From contig JBHGBC010000086.1 in NCBI GenBank assembly GCA_041946805.1, forward strand, positions 1 to 24,656: DNA of 24,656 nt. Direction: 5' to 3'. Under the pieces are notes generated by a model that saw nothing but the letters and a program-made list of their open reading frames with translations, ran no database searches and was not told the DNA's origin. The translations under genes and the position numbers were made by a program. Positions 7,483 through 16,382 of this stretch are shown here, piece after piece (the first letter of the stretch is position 1; each line of letters opens with the position of its first letter). This stretch comes from a bacterium. Lineage in GTDB: Bacteria; Hinthialibacterota; Hinthialibacteria; Hinthialibacterales; Hinthialibacteraceae.

Positions 7483-9105
7483 TCATTTCAGGGCGTCCCA
7501 GACCGGCTGGACCGGTTCGGACGGTTTGTAATCGTGGATTTTCTGCATCAGGCTGGAGCGGGAAATGTTATACAGCACCTTGGAATTGACCAAGTCCGCC
7601 CGGTTCCGGGCCAGTTCCACCTGCAGGTCTTGCACGTCACGGAAGGTGATCTGGCCGAAGTTTTCGAAATCATAGAGACCGTTCTCCAGGTTGATGGTGG
7701 CCAGATCCACGTTCCGCTGCAGGATGTCCATGCGTTGCTGTTGCAGCTGCAGGTCGCGCAGGTCGGTATAGGTTTGTTGCACCAGGTTCCGTTCCGTGTC
7801 CCAGAGGTTGGTCTGGAGTTGTTTGATGTTTTCCTGGGCGGCGCGGACACGGGCCTTGGTGGCGCCGCCGTCGCTGAACGGCCAGGAAAAAAGCAGTCCC
7901 ACGCCCAGGTTTTGCTGGCCCTCGTCGGTTTGGGAAGCGAAGGAGGAGAGGACCAGATCGGGCTGTTGGCCGAGCATGGCGACGCGCAGATCGTTTTCGG
8001 CCTGGCGGATAGACACACGCAGGGATTCCAATTGCAGGTTGGTGGACGTCACCATCTCGACATAAGCCCGCCCACTGAGAGGCAGCGGCTCCACGTTCAG
8101 TTCATCGGTCAGTTGCAGCTGGGTATCGATGGGAATGCCGAGAACGAGGTTGAAGTTTTCGATCGCGTTGCGCAGGCTGCCCTCCAGTTCGATCAGCGTG
8201 GTCTCGTCCTGTAATACGTTGACCTGAGCCTCGCCGACCTGCTGGCGGGAGGCGTTTTCGTACTCGAACTGGGTTTGGCGGATGAACTCGATCCGGCGTG
8301 ACTGCAGCAGGCGCTCCTTTTGAATGACGAGCTGTTCCTGCAGCCGTTTGATGTTCCAGTAATTGTTGATCACTTGTTGGGTGGTCTGCTTCGCGCGCAT
8401 GTACAGAGAATAATCGGAACGGATGGCCGACAGCCGCGAGTTTTCGATCCGCGTGCGGATCTCTTCCCGGGGGCGGGAGTTGAGGGGGAAATTGTAACTG
8501 GCGGACAGGCTGTACCGGTCTTCATAGTTGTTGCCGTCCGGATTGCCGGCGCCCCGGTCGAAGGCCCCTTCGGAGTCGTGTTCATATTGGAACTCCGGCG
8601 CGATTTCGAGGAACGAGCCGTTTTTGAAGGTTTGGGTGTACCGCGGCCCGACCTGGAACAGGGTGTTGTTTTCGTAACTTTTGACCTCATCGGAGATGAG
8701 TCCCAGATTGGGATCGAGGCGGAAGGTCCCCGTGGAGCGGCGGCGGATGCGTTCATCCAGCGAGGAATCGAGATTGAACTTGGCGCGGTAGTTGCTCTCG
8801 GTCAAATCCAGATTGGCCAGACTTTCATCCACGGAGCTTTCCGCGATCCGCATCTGGGGATTCTGTTCCAAGGCGATATCGATGGCCTGTTGCAGGGTCA
8901 ACACTTGGATCTGGCCTTGCTCCCGGAAATCTTCCTGTTTCAAAAGCCCCCCTCCCACGGTGATGTCTTCGATGTTCCGCGCCACGGCGGGCGTCGGATC
9001 CAGGATTTGGGGACGCGCCGGAAGATCCAATTCACCGCACACACCCGCCGAAGGATCACTCACCATTCCTGCTACGCAAATCCAAACCAATTTCTGCCAT
9101 TTCAC
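7483..9105 (-). CDS. TolC-family outer membrane efflux channel (OMF)
   Basis: 540 aa with an N-terminal hydrophobic signal. LTLQQAIDIALEQNP, two OEP-like repeats with coiled coils (QVINNYWNI; LVQQTYTDL), and beta-strand ends YNFPL and FSWPFSDGG. Last gene of an MFP/RND cluster. Confidence 0.9.
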   Translation of the reverse strand: MKWQKLVWICVAGMVSDPSAGVCGELDLPARPQILDPTPAVARNIEDITVGGGLLKQEDFREQGQIQVLTLQQAIDIALEQNPQMRIAESSVDESLANLDLTESNYRAKFNLDSSLDERIRRRSTGTFRLDPNLGLISDEVKSYENNTLFQVGPRYTQTFKNGSFLEIAPEFQYEHDSEGAFDRGAGNPDGNNYEDRYSLSASYNFPLNSRPREEIRTRIENSRLSAIRSDYSLYMRAKQTTQQVINNYWNIKRLQEQLVIQKERLLQSRRIEFIRQTQFEYENASRQQVGEAQVNVLQDETTLIELEGSLRNAIENFNLVLGIPIDTQLQLTDELNVEPLPLSGRAYVEMVTSTNLQLESLRVSIRQAENDLRVAMLGQQPDLVLSSFASQTDEGQQNLGVGLLFSWPFSDGGATKARVRAAQENIKQLQTNLWDTERNLVQQTYTDLRDLQLQQQRMDILQRNVDLATINLENGLYDFENFGQITFRDVQDLQVELARNRADLVNSKVLYNISRSSLMQKIHDYKPSEPVQPVWDALK

Positions 9106-9196
9106 GTGCTGAACTCCCTCTTTTTCATGGTTCTTACATACAATCCCCTTGGATAGGGGGGATCCACAATCCGTTTCACGCCGCCCCCCGCAGGGT

Positions 9197-12100
9197 TCAC
9201 CGCGAGTCCGGGGCCGCGGGGATGCGGGTGTGGTACAGATACGCGTCTTCCAGGTTGGGTTCGGCGGTTTCCGCTCCCGGACCGGGCGGAGTGTCGGCGA
9301 TTACCCGCATCCGGATACCGTCCGCCGTGTAGGATTGCCCCGCCACCTTGTACCGGCGGCGGATCTCATGCCAGGCCGAGTCGTTGGCCAGGGTGAATTC
9401 CCACACTTTGCCTTGCACCGATTCCACCAGTTCTTCCGGACGGCCGGTGAAGAGGATTTTCCCTTCATCCATCAGCGCCATGGTGCGGCAGCTGTGCGCC
9501 ACGTCATCCACGATATGGGTGGAAAGAATGACCACCCGGTCCTGGCTGAGCCGGACCAGCAAATTGCGGAACCGGACCCGCTCCAGGGGATCGAGGCCGA
9601 CGGTCGGTTCGTCGACGATCAACACCTTGGGAGGACGCACCAGGATCTGGGCCAAGCCGATCCGGCGCATCATGCCGCCGGAAAATTGGCCGACCGGAAT
9701 GTCCAGCTGGTCCAACAAGTTGACTTGCTCGAGGGCGCGGAGAATGGCGTTCCGCCGTTCCGTCCGGCGCCGGATGCCTTTCAGCAAGGCGAAATAATCC
9801 AGGTATTGATACGCCGTCAAATCCGTGTACACACCGAAATATTGCGGCAGGTACCCGATCAGTTTCTTCGCGTGCTTGGCCTCGGTTTTCATGTCATATC
9901 CACAGATGGACAGATACCCGCGGGTGGCCTGATCGATCCCGGCCAGCAGCCGCAACAAGGTGGTTTTTCCCGCCCCGTTGGGCCCCAAGAGGCCGAAGAG
10001 GCCTGCTTCGATGGTGAGGGAGACCGTGTCCAGCGCCTTGGTCCGCGCCAAGGTGGACACCGGCTCCTCCGCCGAGGAGAGGGACACGGGGAGGAATCCC
10101 GGCGCGGGCGCCAGGACGGGCAGAGATTGGATCAGGGATTTGCCCCGGGCCGAGATTTTCTCCAGGCGGCTGACCGGATAAATCCGGGTCAGGTGGTCGA
10201 TCTGGACCCTCAACGGTTCCGCGCGGGGCTGGATCCGGCGGTACGCGGTCAGCGTTTCATGGATCCGTTCGCGCCGGCGGCGGCTCCAGAAGACCAGGAT
10301 CCAGCGCCAGCTGGCCACGTAACGAATGGCCCGCAAAGCCAATTTGGCGATATCCTCCACGATGAATGAAAAGCCCGGCACGATCAGAAGGGTGAGGATG
10401 GTCGAGCTGGCCAGCCCGCCGATCACGCAGATGGCGAAGGGGGACCATTGCTCCTCGCCGGTGGCCATGGGGATGAGGCCCAGGATGGCGGTGATGACGG
10501 TCATGAAGATCGGGCGCAGGCGGTGGTAGCCCGAGACCATGATGGCGCGCTGGCGGGGGAAGTGTTTCTCTTTCCGGAGATAGCCGGAGTAGTGAATCAT
10601 CAGGATGGCGCTGTTGGGAAGAATACCGAGCAGGAAAATACCGCCCAGGGCCGCCATCTCGGTGAAGGCGCTGCCGGTGAGCAGGAAGATCCACACAATG
10701 CCCACCAGCGCCAGGGGGATCGCCAGCATGATCACCAACGGCTGGCTGAAGGACTCGAACAGCGCGGCGATGCACATGTACAGCAGGATGAGGGCCAGAA
10801 GCACAATGTTCCACAGGGCCGTCACCATTTCATCCATCTGCCGAGACTGTCCCCCCAGGGTCATCCGGTAGCCGGCGGGAACGGGATAGGTGTCGAGCAG
10901 TTGCTTCACCACCGATTCCACTTCGGAATATTTGACGTTCGGGGCGGTTTCGAACCGGATGCGGCCGATCCGTTCACGGTTTTCGCGCTGGATGTTGCTT
11001 TGGCCCCGCCGGACCTGGAGGGTGCCGATTTCCTCCAGCGACACCGTAGTGCCCAGGCTGGGCGAATAGATCGGGATTTGCTTGAGCTCCTCGAAGCGGA
11101 TGCCTTCCAGTTCCTTGGTTTCGGCTTTGTTGAGATCGTTAGGATCCTCGATCTGGGCGAAAATGATGTCGATGTCCTCGTCGCCCTTTTTCATCTGAAT
11201 GGTGGAGTAATCACCGCGGCGCTGGGCCACCTGGATGGACTGAGCCACCAGTTGCGGGGTGATTTGCAGCACGGCGGCCGTATCGCGGTCCAGTTGGAAA
11301 TGGATTTCCAGGGGGCCGGGCTCGCTTTGGTTGTACACGTCGCGCACGCCGTTGATCTGCATGAGGATTTCGGCGAAATTCTCGGCCAGGGTGTTGATTT
11401 GGTTGTACTCCGGCCCGCGGATTTCGATCTCTCCGCCGCTGCCGGTTTCGACGGGCGGCGTTTCGTTTTCGCCCCGGGTGCGCGAACGGTTAAAGGTCAC
11501 CTCGGCCGTGGCGAAGTTTTCCAGGAACGGCCGGAGTTCCTCCTGAATGGAGGCCGACTCGCGTTTCCGGTTCTCCTTGTCCACCAGGAGGATGCGCAGC
11601 GAGGCGAAATCGTCCTGAATCCAGGAATGGAGGTTCTTGATTTCGGGCACCTGCCTGAGAATCATGTCCTCCACGCGGTTGACGACCTGCAGGGTGTAAT
11701 CCTGTTTGGTGCCGTTGGGGAGGTAGACGAAGACTTCGAAGGAATCCTCGTCCTTGGGGGCCTCCAGGACATCCTGCTGGATGCCGCTCATGGTGTAGTA
11801 ATACGTGTACAGCACCACCAGGATGACGGCGATCAGAAAGCGGACCCGGTGGCGCAGGCAGCTTTTCAGGATGGTCCCATATTTCCGCCGGCACTGGGCC
11901 ATGGTGGGATGAGGAATCTTCCGCAAGACTCCGAGGACCTGGAGCTTGGCCGATGTCCACCGCGTCCGCCAGCGTCCTCCCGAAAAGCGGCCGCCGGAGC
12001 CGGCGAGCAGCGCCTGCTTGGCGTTGAGGAGCTGCAGGACCTTGGCGGTCAGCATCGGGACCAGGGTCAACGCCACCAGCATGGAGATCACGGTGGGGAA

Positions 12101-13504
12101 GATGATCGCCAGCGCCCCTTCGATGAAGGTCAGCCGGATCTGCCCCTCCACGAACACGATGGGCAAAAAGACCACCACGTTGGTCAGGGTCAGGGCGAAG
12201 ATGGCCTTGCCGACTTCATGGCTGCCCACCACCGCCGAGATGATGGGATCCCGGCCGCGCTCGTGATGGCGGAACACGTTTTCCAGCACGACAATGGCGC
12301 TGTCGATCAAGGTGCCGATCCCGACGGCCAGGCCGATCAAGGTAATGATGTTGATCGACATGTTGGTGAAGTACATCGCGTTGAAGGCGGCGATGAGGCT
12401 GATGGGGATGACCAGGCAGATGATCATCGAGACGCGCACGTTGCGGATGAAGAGATACAGCACGCCGATCGAGAGCAGGATGCCGATGAGGGCCAGTTTG
12501 GAGAGTTCCTTGAGCAGGTCCAGGATCTCATCCGCCACTTCCCAGGTCACGGAGAGTTCATAGCCCTCGGGGAGTTCCTTGTTGATCTGGTCAATGACCT
12601 TATGGGTGCGGCGTGAGAGTTCGATGGGATTGACCAGGGCTTCCTTCTCCAGGTCGACGCCCAGGGCCGGCTTGCCGTCCACCCGGCGCAGCCAGCGGCG
12701 GGAGTGGGAGGTGTTTTCCACTACTCCCAGATGGCGCACGGCGATGTTCCCCTCGCCCTTCACAACCACATCCTCGATTTCGGACGTGTCGGAGAACTGC
12801 CCATCCAGCCGGACGAAGTAATTCCGGTCGCCTTCCTCGACATCGCCCAGGAAAACCGGTTCGTTGGCGTAGGTCTGGACCCGGTTGATCACCCGCCAGA
12901 GGGGCACGCCGAATTCGCGCAGGCGGTCCTGCAGGATCGTGACATCCACGGTCCGCCGTTTTCCGCCCCAGATCTCGGCCTGGGCCACGCCATCGATATC
13001 CTGCAGCCGCTGCCGGTAGCGTTCGGTGTCGATCATCTCCAGGTAGGGATCGTCGCGCGGCCCTTTGAGAACCAGGTCCATGAATTCCTTGTTGAACCAG
13101 GAGGTTTCGAAGGGGAAAGCGTCGATGTAGATGGAGCGCCTGGGGAACGTGCGGCGGAAGCGGTCCAGCCGGTCCTGCAGGTCCACGATGCGGTACTTGA
13201 CGTTCGTGCCGAATTCGAACTCGATGGGGAAAAAGCAGCCCCAGCGGCTGCTGAAGACGCGGATGTTCTTCACGTTGGGCAGCTGGGCGATTTCGCCCTC
13301 GATGGGCATGATGATCCGCCGTTCCATCTCCTCGACGCTCATGTTGTCGCGGACCCGGCAGAAAGCAGCCCCGTAGGGAGGGGAAATGTCGGGAAGAATC
13401 TGCATGGGGATCTTGGGCAGCGACACGATGCCGAGCATCACGATCGCGGCGAAGAACATGATGGTGGTTATGGGGCGGTGTACCGAAAACTGGGATAGTT
13501 TCAT
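9197..13504 (-). CDS. RND (AcrB/MdtB-like) permease fused C-terminally to an ABC ATPase domain
   Basis: Single 1435-aa ORF. RND part: FSVHRPIT, GIGTLIDSAIVVLEN, LTLVPML, FESFSQPLVIMLAIPLA, RLRPIFMT, GGLASSTILTL. NBD from about 10213 to 9197: Walker A GPNGAGKT (9962-9985), Q-loop YLPQ, signature FSGGM, Walker B LIVDE, D-loop GLDP, H-loop STH. Confidence 0.93.
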   Translation of the reverse strand: MKLSQFSVHRPITTIMFFAAIVMLGIVSLPKIPMQILPDISPPYGAAFCRVRDNMSVEEMERRIIMPIEGEIAQLPNVKNIRVFSSRWGCFFPIEFEFGTNVKYRIVDLQDRLDRFRRTFPRRSIYIDAFPFETSWFNKEFMDLVLKGPRDDPYLEMIDTERYRQRLQDIDGVAQAEIWGGKRRTVDVTILQDRLREFGVPLWRVINRVQTYANEPVFLGDVEEGDRNYFVRLDGQFSDTSEIEDVVVKGEGNIAVRHLGVVENTSHSRRWLRRVDGKPALGVDLEKEALVNPIELSRRTHKVIDQINKELPEGYELSVTWEVADEILDLLKELSKLALIGILLSIGVLYLFIRNVRVSMIICLVIPISLIAAFNAMYFTNMSINIITLIGLAVGIGTLIDSAIVVLENVFRHHERGRDPIISAVVGSHEVGKAIFALTLTNVVVFLPIVFVEGQIRLTFIEGALAIIFPTVISMLVALTLVPMLTAKVLQLLNAKQALLAGSGGRFSGGRWRTRWTSAKLQVLGVLRKIPHPTMAQCRRKYGTILKSCLRHRVRFLIAVILVVLYTYYYTMSGIQQDVLEAPKDEDSFEVFVYLPNGTKQDYTLQVVNRVEDMILRQVPEIKNLHSWIQDDFASLRILLVDKENRKRESASIQEELRPFLENFATAEVTFNRSRTRGENETPPVETGSGGEIEIRGPEYNQINTLAENFAEILMQINGVRDVYNQSEPGPLEIHFQLDRDTAAVLQITPQLVAQSIQVAQRRGDYSTIQMKKGDEDIDIIFAQIEDPNDLNKAETKELEGIRFEELKQIPIYSPSLGTTVSLEEIGTLQVRRGQSNIQRENRERIGRIRFETAPNVKYSEVESVVKQLLDTYPVPAGYRMTLGGQSRQMDEMVTALWNIVLLALILLYMCIAALFESFSQPLVIMLAIPLALVGIVWIFLLTGSAFTEMAALGGIFLLGILPNSAILMIHYSGYLRKEKHFPRQRAIMVSGYHRLRPIFMTVITAILGLIPMATGEEQWSPFAICVIGGLASSTILTLLIVPGFSFIVEDIAKLALRAIRYVASWRWILVFWSRRRRERIHETLTAYRRIQPRAEPLRVQIDHLTRIYPVSRLEKISARGKSLIQSLPVLAPAPGFLPVSLSSAEEPVSTLARTKALDTVSLTIEAGLFGLLGPNGAGKTTLLRLLAGIDQATRGYLSICGYDMKTEAKHAKKLIGYLPQYFGVYTDLTAYQYLDYFALLKGIRRRTERRNAILRALEQVNLLDQLDIPVGQFSGGMMRRIGLAQILVRPPKVLIVDEPTVGLDPLERVRFRNLLVRLSQDRVVILSTHIVDDVAHSCRTMALMDEGKILFTGRPEELVESVQGKVWEFTLANDSAWHEIRRRYKVAGQSYTADGIRMRVIADTPPGPGAETAEPNLEDAYLYHTRIPAAPDSR

Positions 13505-13507
13505 GAT

Positions 13508-16315
13508 TTAATGCCAGTGCCAACCTCCGCGCATTTGTCCTTGGTTGCGGTTGCGGCGGAACGCCATGGTATTTTCATCCCCTTCCACGATGACGCGCGT
13601 TTCCGAATGGGCGCGGCTTTTTTTGATGGGATCCAGGAAGGGGACCTGCAGCACCTTGTTTTCCGGATCCACCGCCGCGAAGATCGGGCGGTGGGGCACT
13701 GTGAGGTTCAGGGTCTGTTCATCGTGGGCGTCCAGCCAGAGATCGCGGAACACATAATCCATTTCGGTTTCCACGAAAATCGGGACCGCCATCCGCCCGG
13801 CGCCGTGATTCTTGACCCGGATGAGAATCTGGTATTCCACTCCGTTGCGGTCCTTGTTGGGAACGATCTTGGCGTCGGCCTGGACGATCTCGTATTCCGG
13901 CAGCGCGCTTCCCCGGATCCATTGTTCCTGGAACCATTGCAGATCCTGGCCGTAGGCGGCCTGCGCCCGCGCCAGGAAGTCGTCCACCGGCATTTCCCGG
14001 TTCCCATAATCCTGGAAGATGCCCTTGAGCAGATCCCACCATTTGTCGTCCCCAAGCAGATGGTGAATCATGCGGAACAGGCCCTCGCCGCGCACCCGCT
14101 CCAGTTGGGGGTATTCCCCGTTGCGGTGCAGTTCGAGGAGGGAGCTGCGGGAGGCGATGGACAGGGGGAGGCTGGTGTCGCCGCCGACATCGTATTGGAG
14201 TTCCGCGCGCCGCCGCCAGGGATTTTGTTCGAGCAATTTGGAGACATAGCGGGAAAGGTCTTCCTCGAGCCAGAAGGCCAGTTCGCCGGTGGGATGCAGG
14301 GAATAGTCGAAATAGGCGGCGATTAATTTCTTGTAGAATTGCTCGTGCAGGGAGCGAAGGATGTCGGGCAAGCGCAGGAAAAAAGGAATGGTGCGGGGAT
14401 TGCGGTCCAGGCGGTCCAAGAGCCACATGCGTTCGTGCAAATACCCCACCAGGTTTTCGGGAATGAGCAGGATGCCGGGCATCCGGCCGGCGGAGGCGGT
14501 CAGGGCGGGGGTGTGAATTTTCTTGAACCACGAAGCCGTGGCCGGTTCGCCGCGTTCCCGGGCGCGTTGGTCCCCGTCGCGCCGGTCCTCGGCGGGAGCC
14601 ATTTCCGCCGTGGCCTCGTAGGGGATTTCGATCAGGGTGAGTTGCGGCAGAGGGAGGCGTCCCAGTTTGTCGTGCACGTATTCCTGCTGGTCCTTGACCT
14701 CTTCGAGATACACCTGCGCCTGGTAGCCGTGGGACGGCAGATGATAAAACCGGATGTGGTATCCGAATTTTTGGCTGTCGACATACGCGTATTCGCCCCA
14801 GTACATCTCCAACTCGTCGACGAGGTACAGGGTCTTCCACCGTTCCACATGCCAGCCGTCTTCCTCGGTTTCGCTTTCCAGGCGGCCCGCGAATGCCCCC
14901 CGCTGCCCGGGCGGCAGCTGGAGGACCACCTCGGCCTCGAAGAGGTCCTCATCCAGGGGGACCCAATGGTCACGTCGTTCCGTTTTGACCTTCCGCCACG
15001 GGTTGGGATACCAGCTTCCCTCCAGGGCGGTGAAGCGCGGGTGGAAATACGCGGGCCGGCCGTGGTAGCGGATTTCCACTTGTGCTTCGGTTCCGGCGGC
15101 CAGCGGCTCCGGAAAATCGAATTGGAGCCGGGCGCCGGAGCGGGTAAACGGACAAGGTTCGCCGCCGAAGGCGATCCGGTCCACGACAAACCGGGGATCG
15201 AGTTCCACTCCCAGGAATTTCAGGGATTCCCGCGCCACGAAGGTCATCCGTGCTTCCAGGGACAAGCGGTCGTAGACACGGGACGGTTTCAATGTCAGCT
15301 GATATTGCTTGACGTCCACGGGCATGGCGGGGAGTTCCATGCGCAGCCCCTGTTCCCGTTCCTGTTCACTTTGGCGGTCGGCCAGGATCCGTTCCTGATA
15401 TTGGAAGGAAGCCCAGATCATGCCCGCGGCGGTGAGGGTGAGCACGCCGGTCAAAAACAGCCGGTAGGTCCAGCCGAGATGGCGGTCGGGGCGCAGGTTG
15501 GTGAGAAACCGCATCAAGGTGGAAACCGAGAACAGCGATTGGCGCTGCCCCCGGGGCACGATCCAACGCTGGGGTTCCTGCCGCCGCAGGTAAAGGGGGG
15601 CCAGGGTCAAAAATACGATGCCCGCCAGGAAATGAACCGCCAGCGGGAAAAGGTATTCCCCGTACGCGATGCGTGCTCCCAGGGTGGGAGAGGAATCCAT
15701 CAGGCGCTCGAGCAGGGCCGGCACATCGAGAAACACGCGTCCCTGGATGCCCGCGAAGACTAACGCCGTACCCAGCGCCGCGCCCATCAGCAAGGCGGCG
15801 AAGTCGTGCTTGAAGAACGTGCGCATGGCGATCGCGAAGGCCGCGACCGGCACAATGACCGGCAGGTACAGCAGCACGAACGCGGCCCAAAACGGTTGCC
15901 AGACGACGGGCGCGTGCCCGTACAGGTATTGCCAGAGGCCCAGGGAAAACAAGCCCACGGCGCTGAGAGGCAGCATGATCACCAGGACGCCCAAAAGACG
16001 GCCCACCATGATTTCCATGGAACCCGTGGGGAGGGGGAACAGGATTTTGTCCATACCCGTCCGGCCCAGGCGGCCGCACAGGTCGAGGGCCAGGGCAATG
16101 GCGCCCAGGGACAGAATGGCGAGCATCAGCCCGAAACTGGGATGTTGAAAGCTGTAGGCGGAATGCAGGTAATAGCCTTCGCCGGCCCGGGCGAGATAGT
16201 CGGTCCGGGCAAACAAAGATATGGCTCCGATCAGCCCCAACAGCAACCAGAAGCGCCATCCCCGGCTGCTGATGCGGGCTTCGTACCAGGCGATCAACAG
16301 GCTTTTCCGGATCAT
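13508..16315 (-). CDS. ABC-2-type permease domain fused to an extracytoplasmic M1 (aminopeptidase N)-like domain lacking HEXXH
   Basis: The N-terminal ~300 aa are multi-TM (IAWYEAR..., MDKILFPLP....IMVGR). An M1-like beta region follows (QYQLTL, VEIRYHG, WYP), then the C-terminal M1 signature RG..LFRMIHHLLGDD....LLK..F..Y......DDF.......GQDLQWFQEQWIRG..LP. The stop codon is 3 bp from the next start. Confidence 0.8.
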   Translation of the reverse strand: MIRKSLLIAWYEARISSRGWRFWLLLGLIGAISLFARTDYLARAGEGYYLHSAYSFQHPSFGLMLAILSLGAIALALDLCGRLGRTGMDKILFPLPTGSMEIMVGRLLGVLVIMLPLSAVGLFSLGLWQYLYGHAPVVWQPFWAAFVLLYLPVIVPVAAFAIAMRTFFKHDFAALLMGAALGTALVFAGIQGRVFLDVPALLERLMDSSPTLGARIAYGEYLFPLAVHFLAGIVFLTLAPLYLRRQEPQRWIVPRGQRQSLFSVSTLMRFLTNLRPDRHLGWTYRLFLTGVLTLTAAGMIWASFQYQERILADRQSEQEREQGLRMELPAMPVDVKQYQLTLKPSRVYDRLSLEARMTFVARESLKFLGVELDPRFVVDRIAFGGEPCPFTRSGARLQFDFPEPLAAGTEAQVEIRYHGRPAYFHPRFTALEGSWYPNPWRKVKTERRDHWVPLDEDLFEAEVVLQLPPGQRGAFAGRLESETEEDGWHVERWKTLYLVDELEMYWGEYAYVDSQKFGYHIRFYHLPSHGYQAQVYLEEVKDQQEYVHDKLGRLPLPQLTLIEIPYEATAEMAPAEDRRDGDQRARERGEPATASWFKKIHTPALTASAGRMPGILLIPENLVGYLHERMWLLDRLDRNPRTIPFFLRLPDILRSLHEQFYKKLIAAYFDYSLHPTGELAFWLEEDLSRYVSKLLEQNPWRRRAELQYDVGGDTSLPLSIASRSSLLELHRNGEYPQLERVRGEGLFRMIHHLLGDDKWWDLLKGIFQDYGNREMPVDDFLARAQAAYGQDLQWFQEQWIRGSALPEYEIVQADAKIVPNKDRNGVEYQILIRVKNHGAGRMAVPIFVETEMDYVFRDLWLDAHDEQTLNLTVPHRPIFAAVDPENKVLQVPFLDPIKKSRAHSETRVIVEGDENTMAFRRNRNQGQMRGGWHWH

Positions 16316-16382
16316 GATCTCCTCAGAATGGATCTTCCCCCGTCCGGAGAGCGAACGGGTCTTCCCGATAGCATGGCCCGCT

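Noticed and set aside
14333..14347. HEQFY as the M1 zinc-binding motif
   Set aside because: It lacks the second His and is five residues out of register with the X18-E spacing to WLEE.
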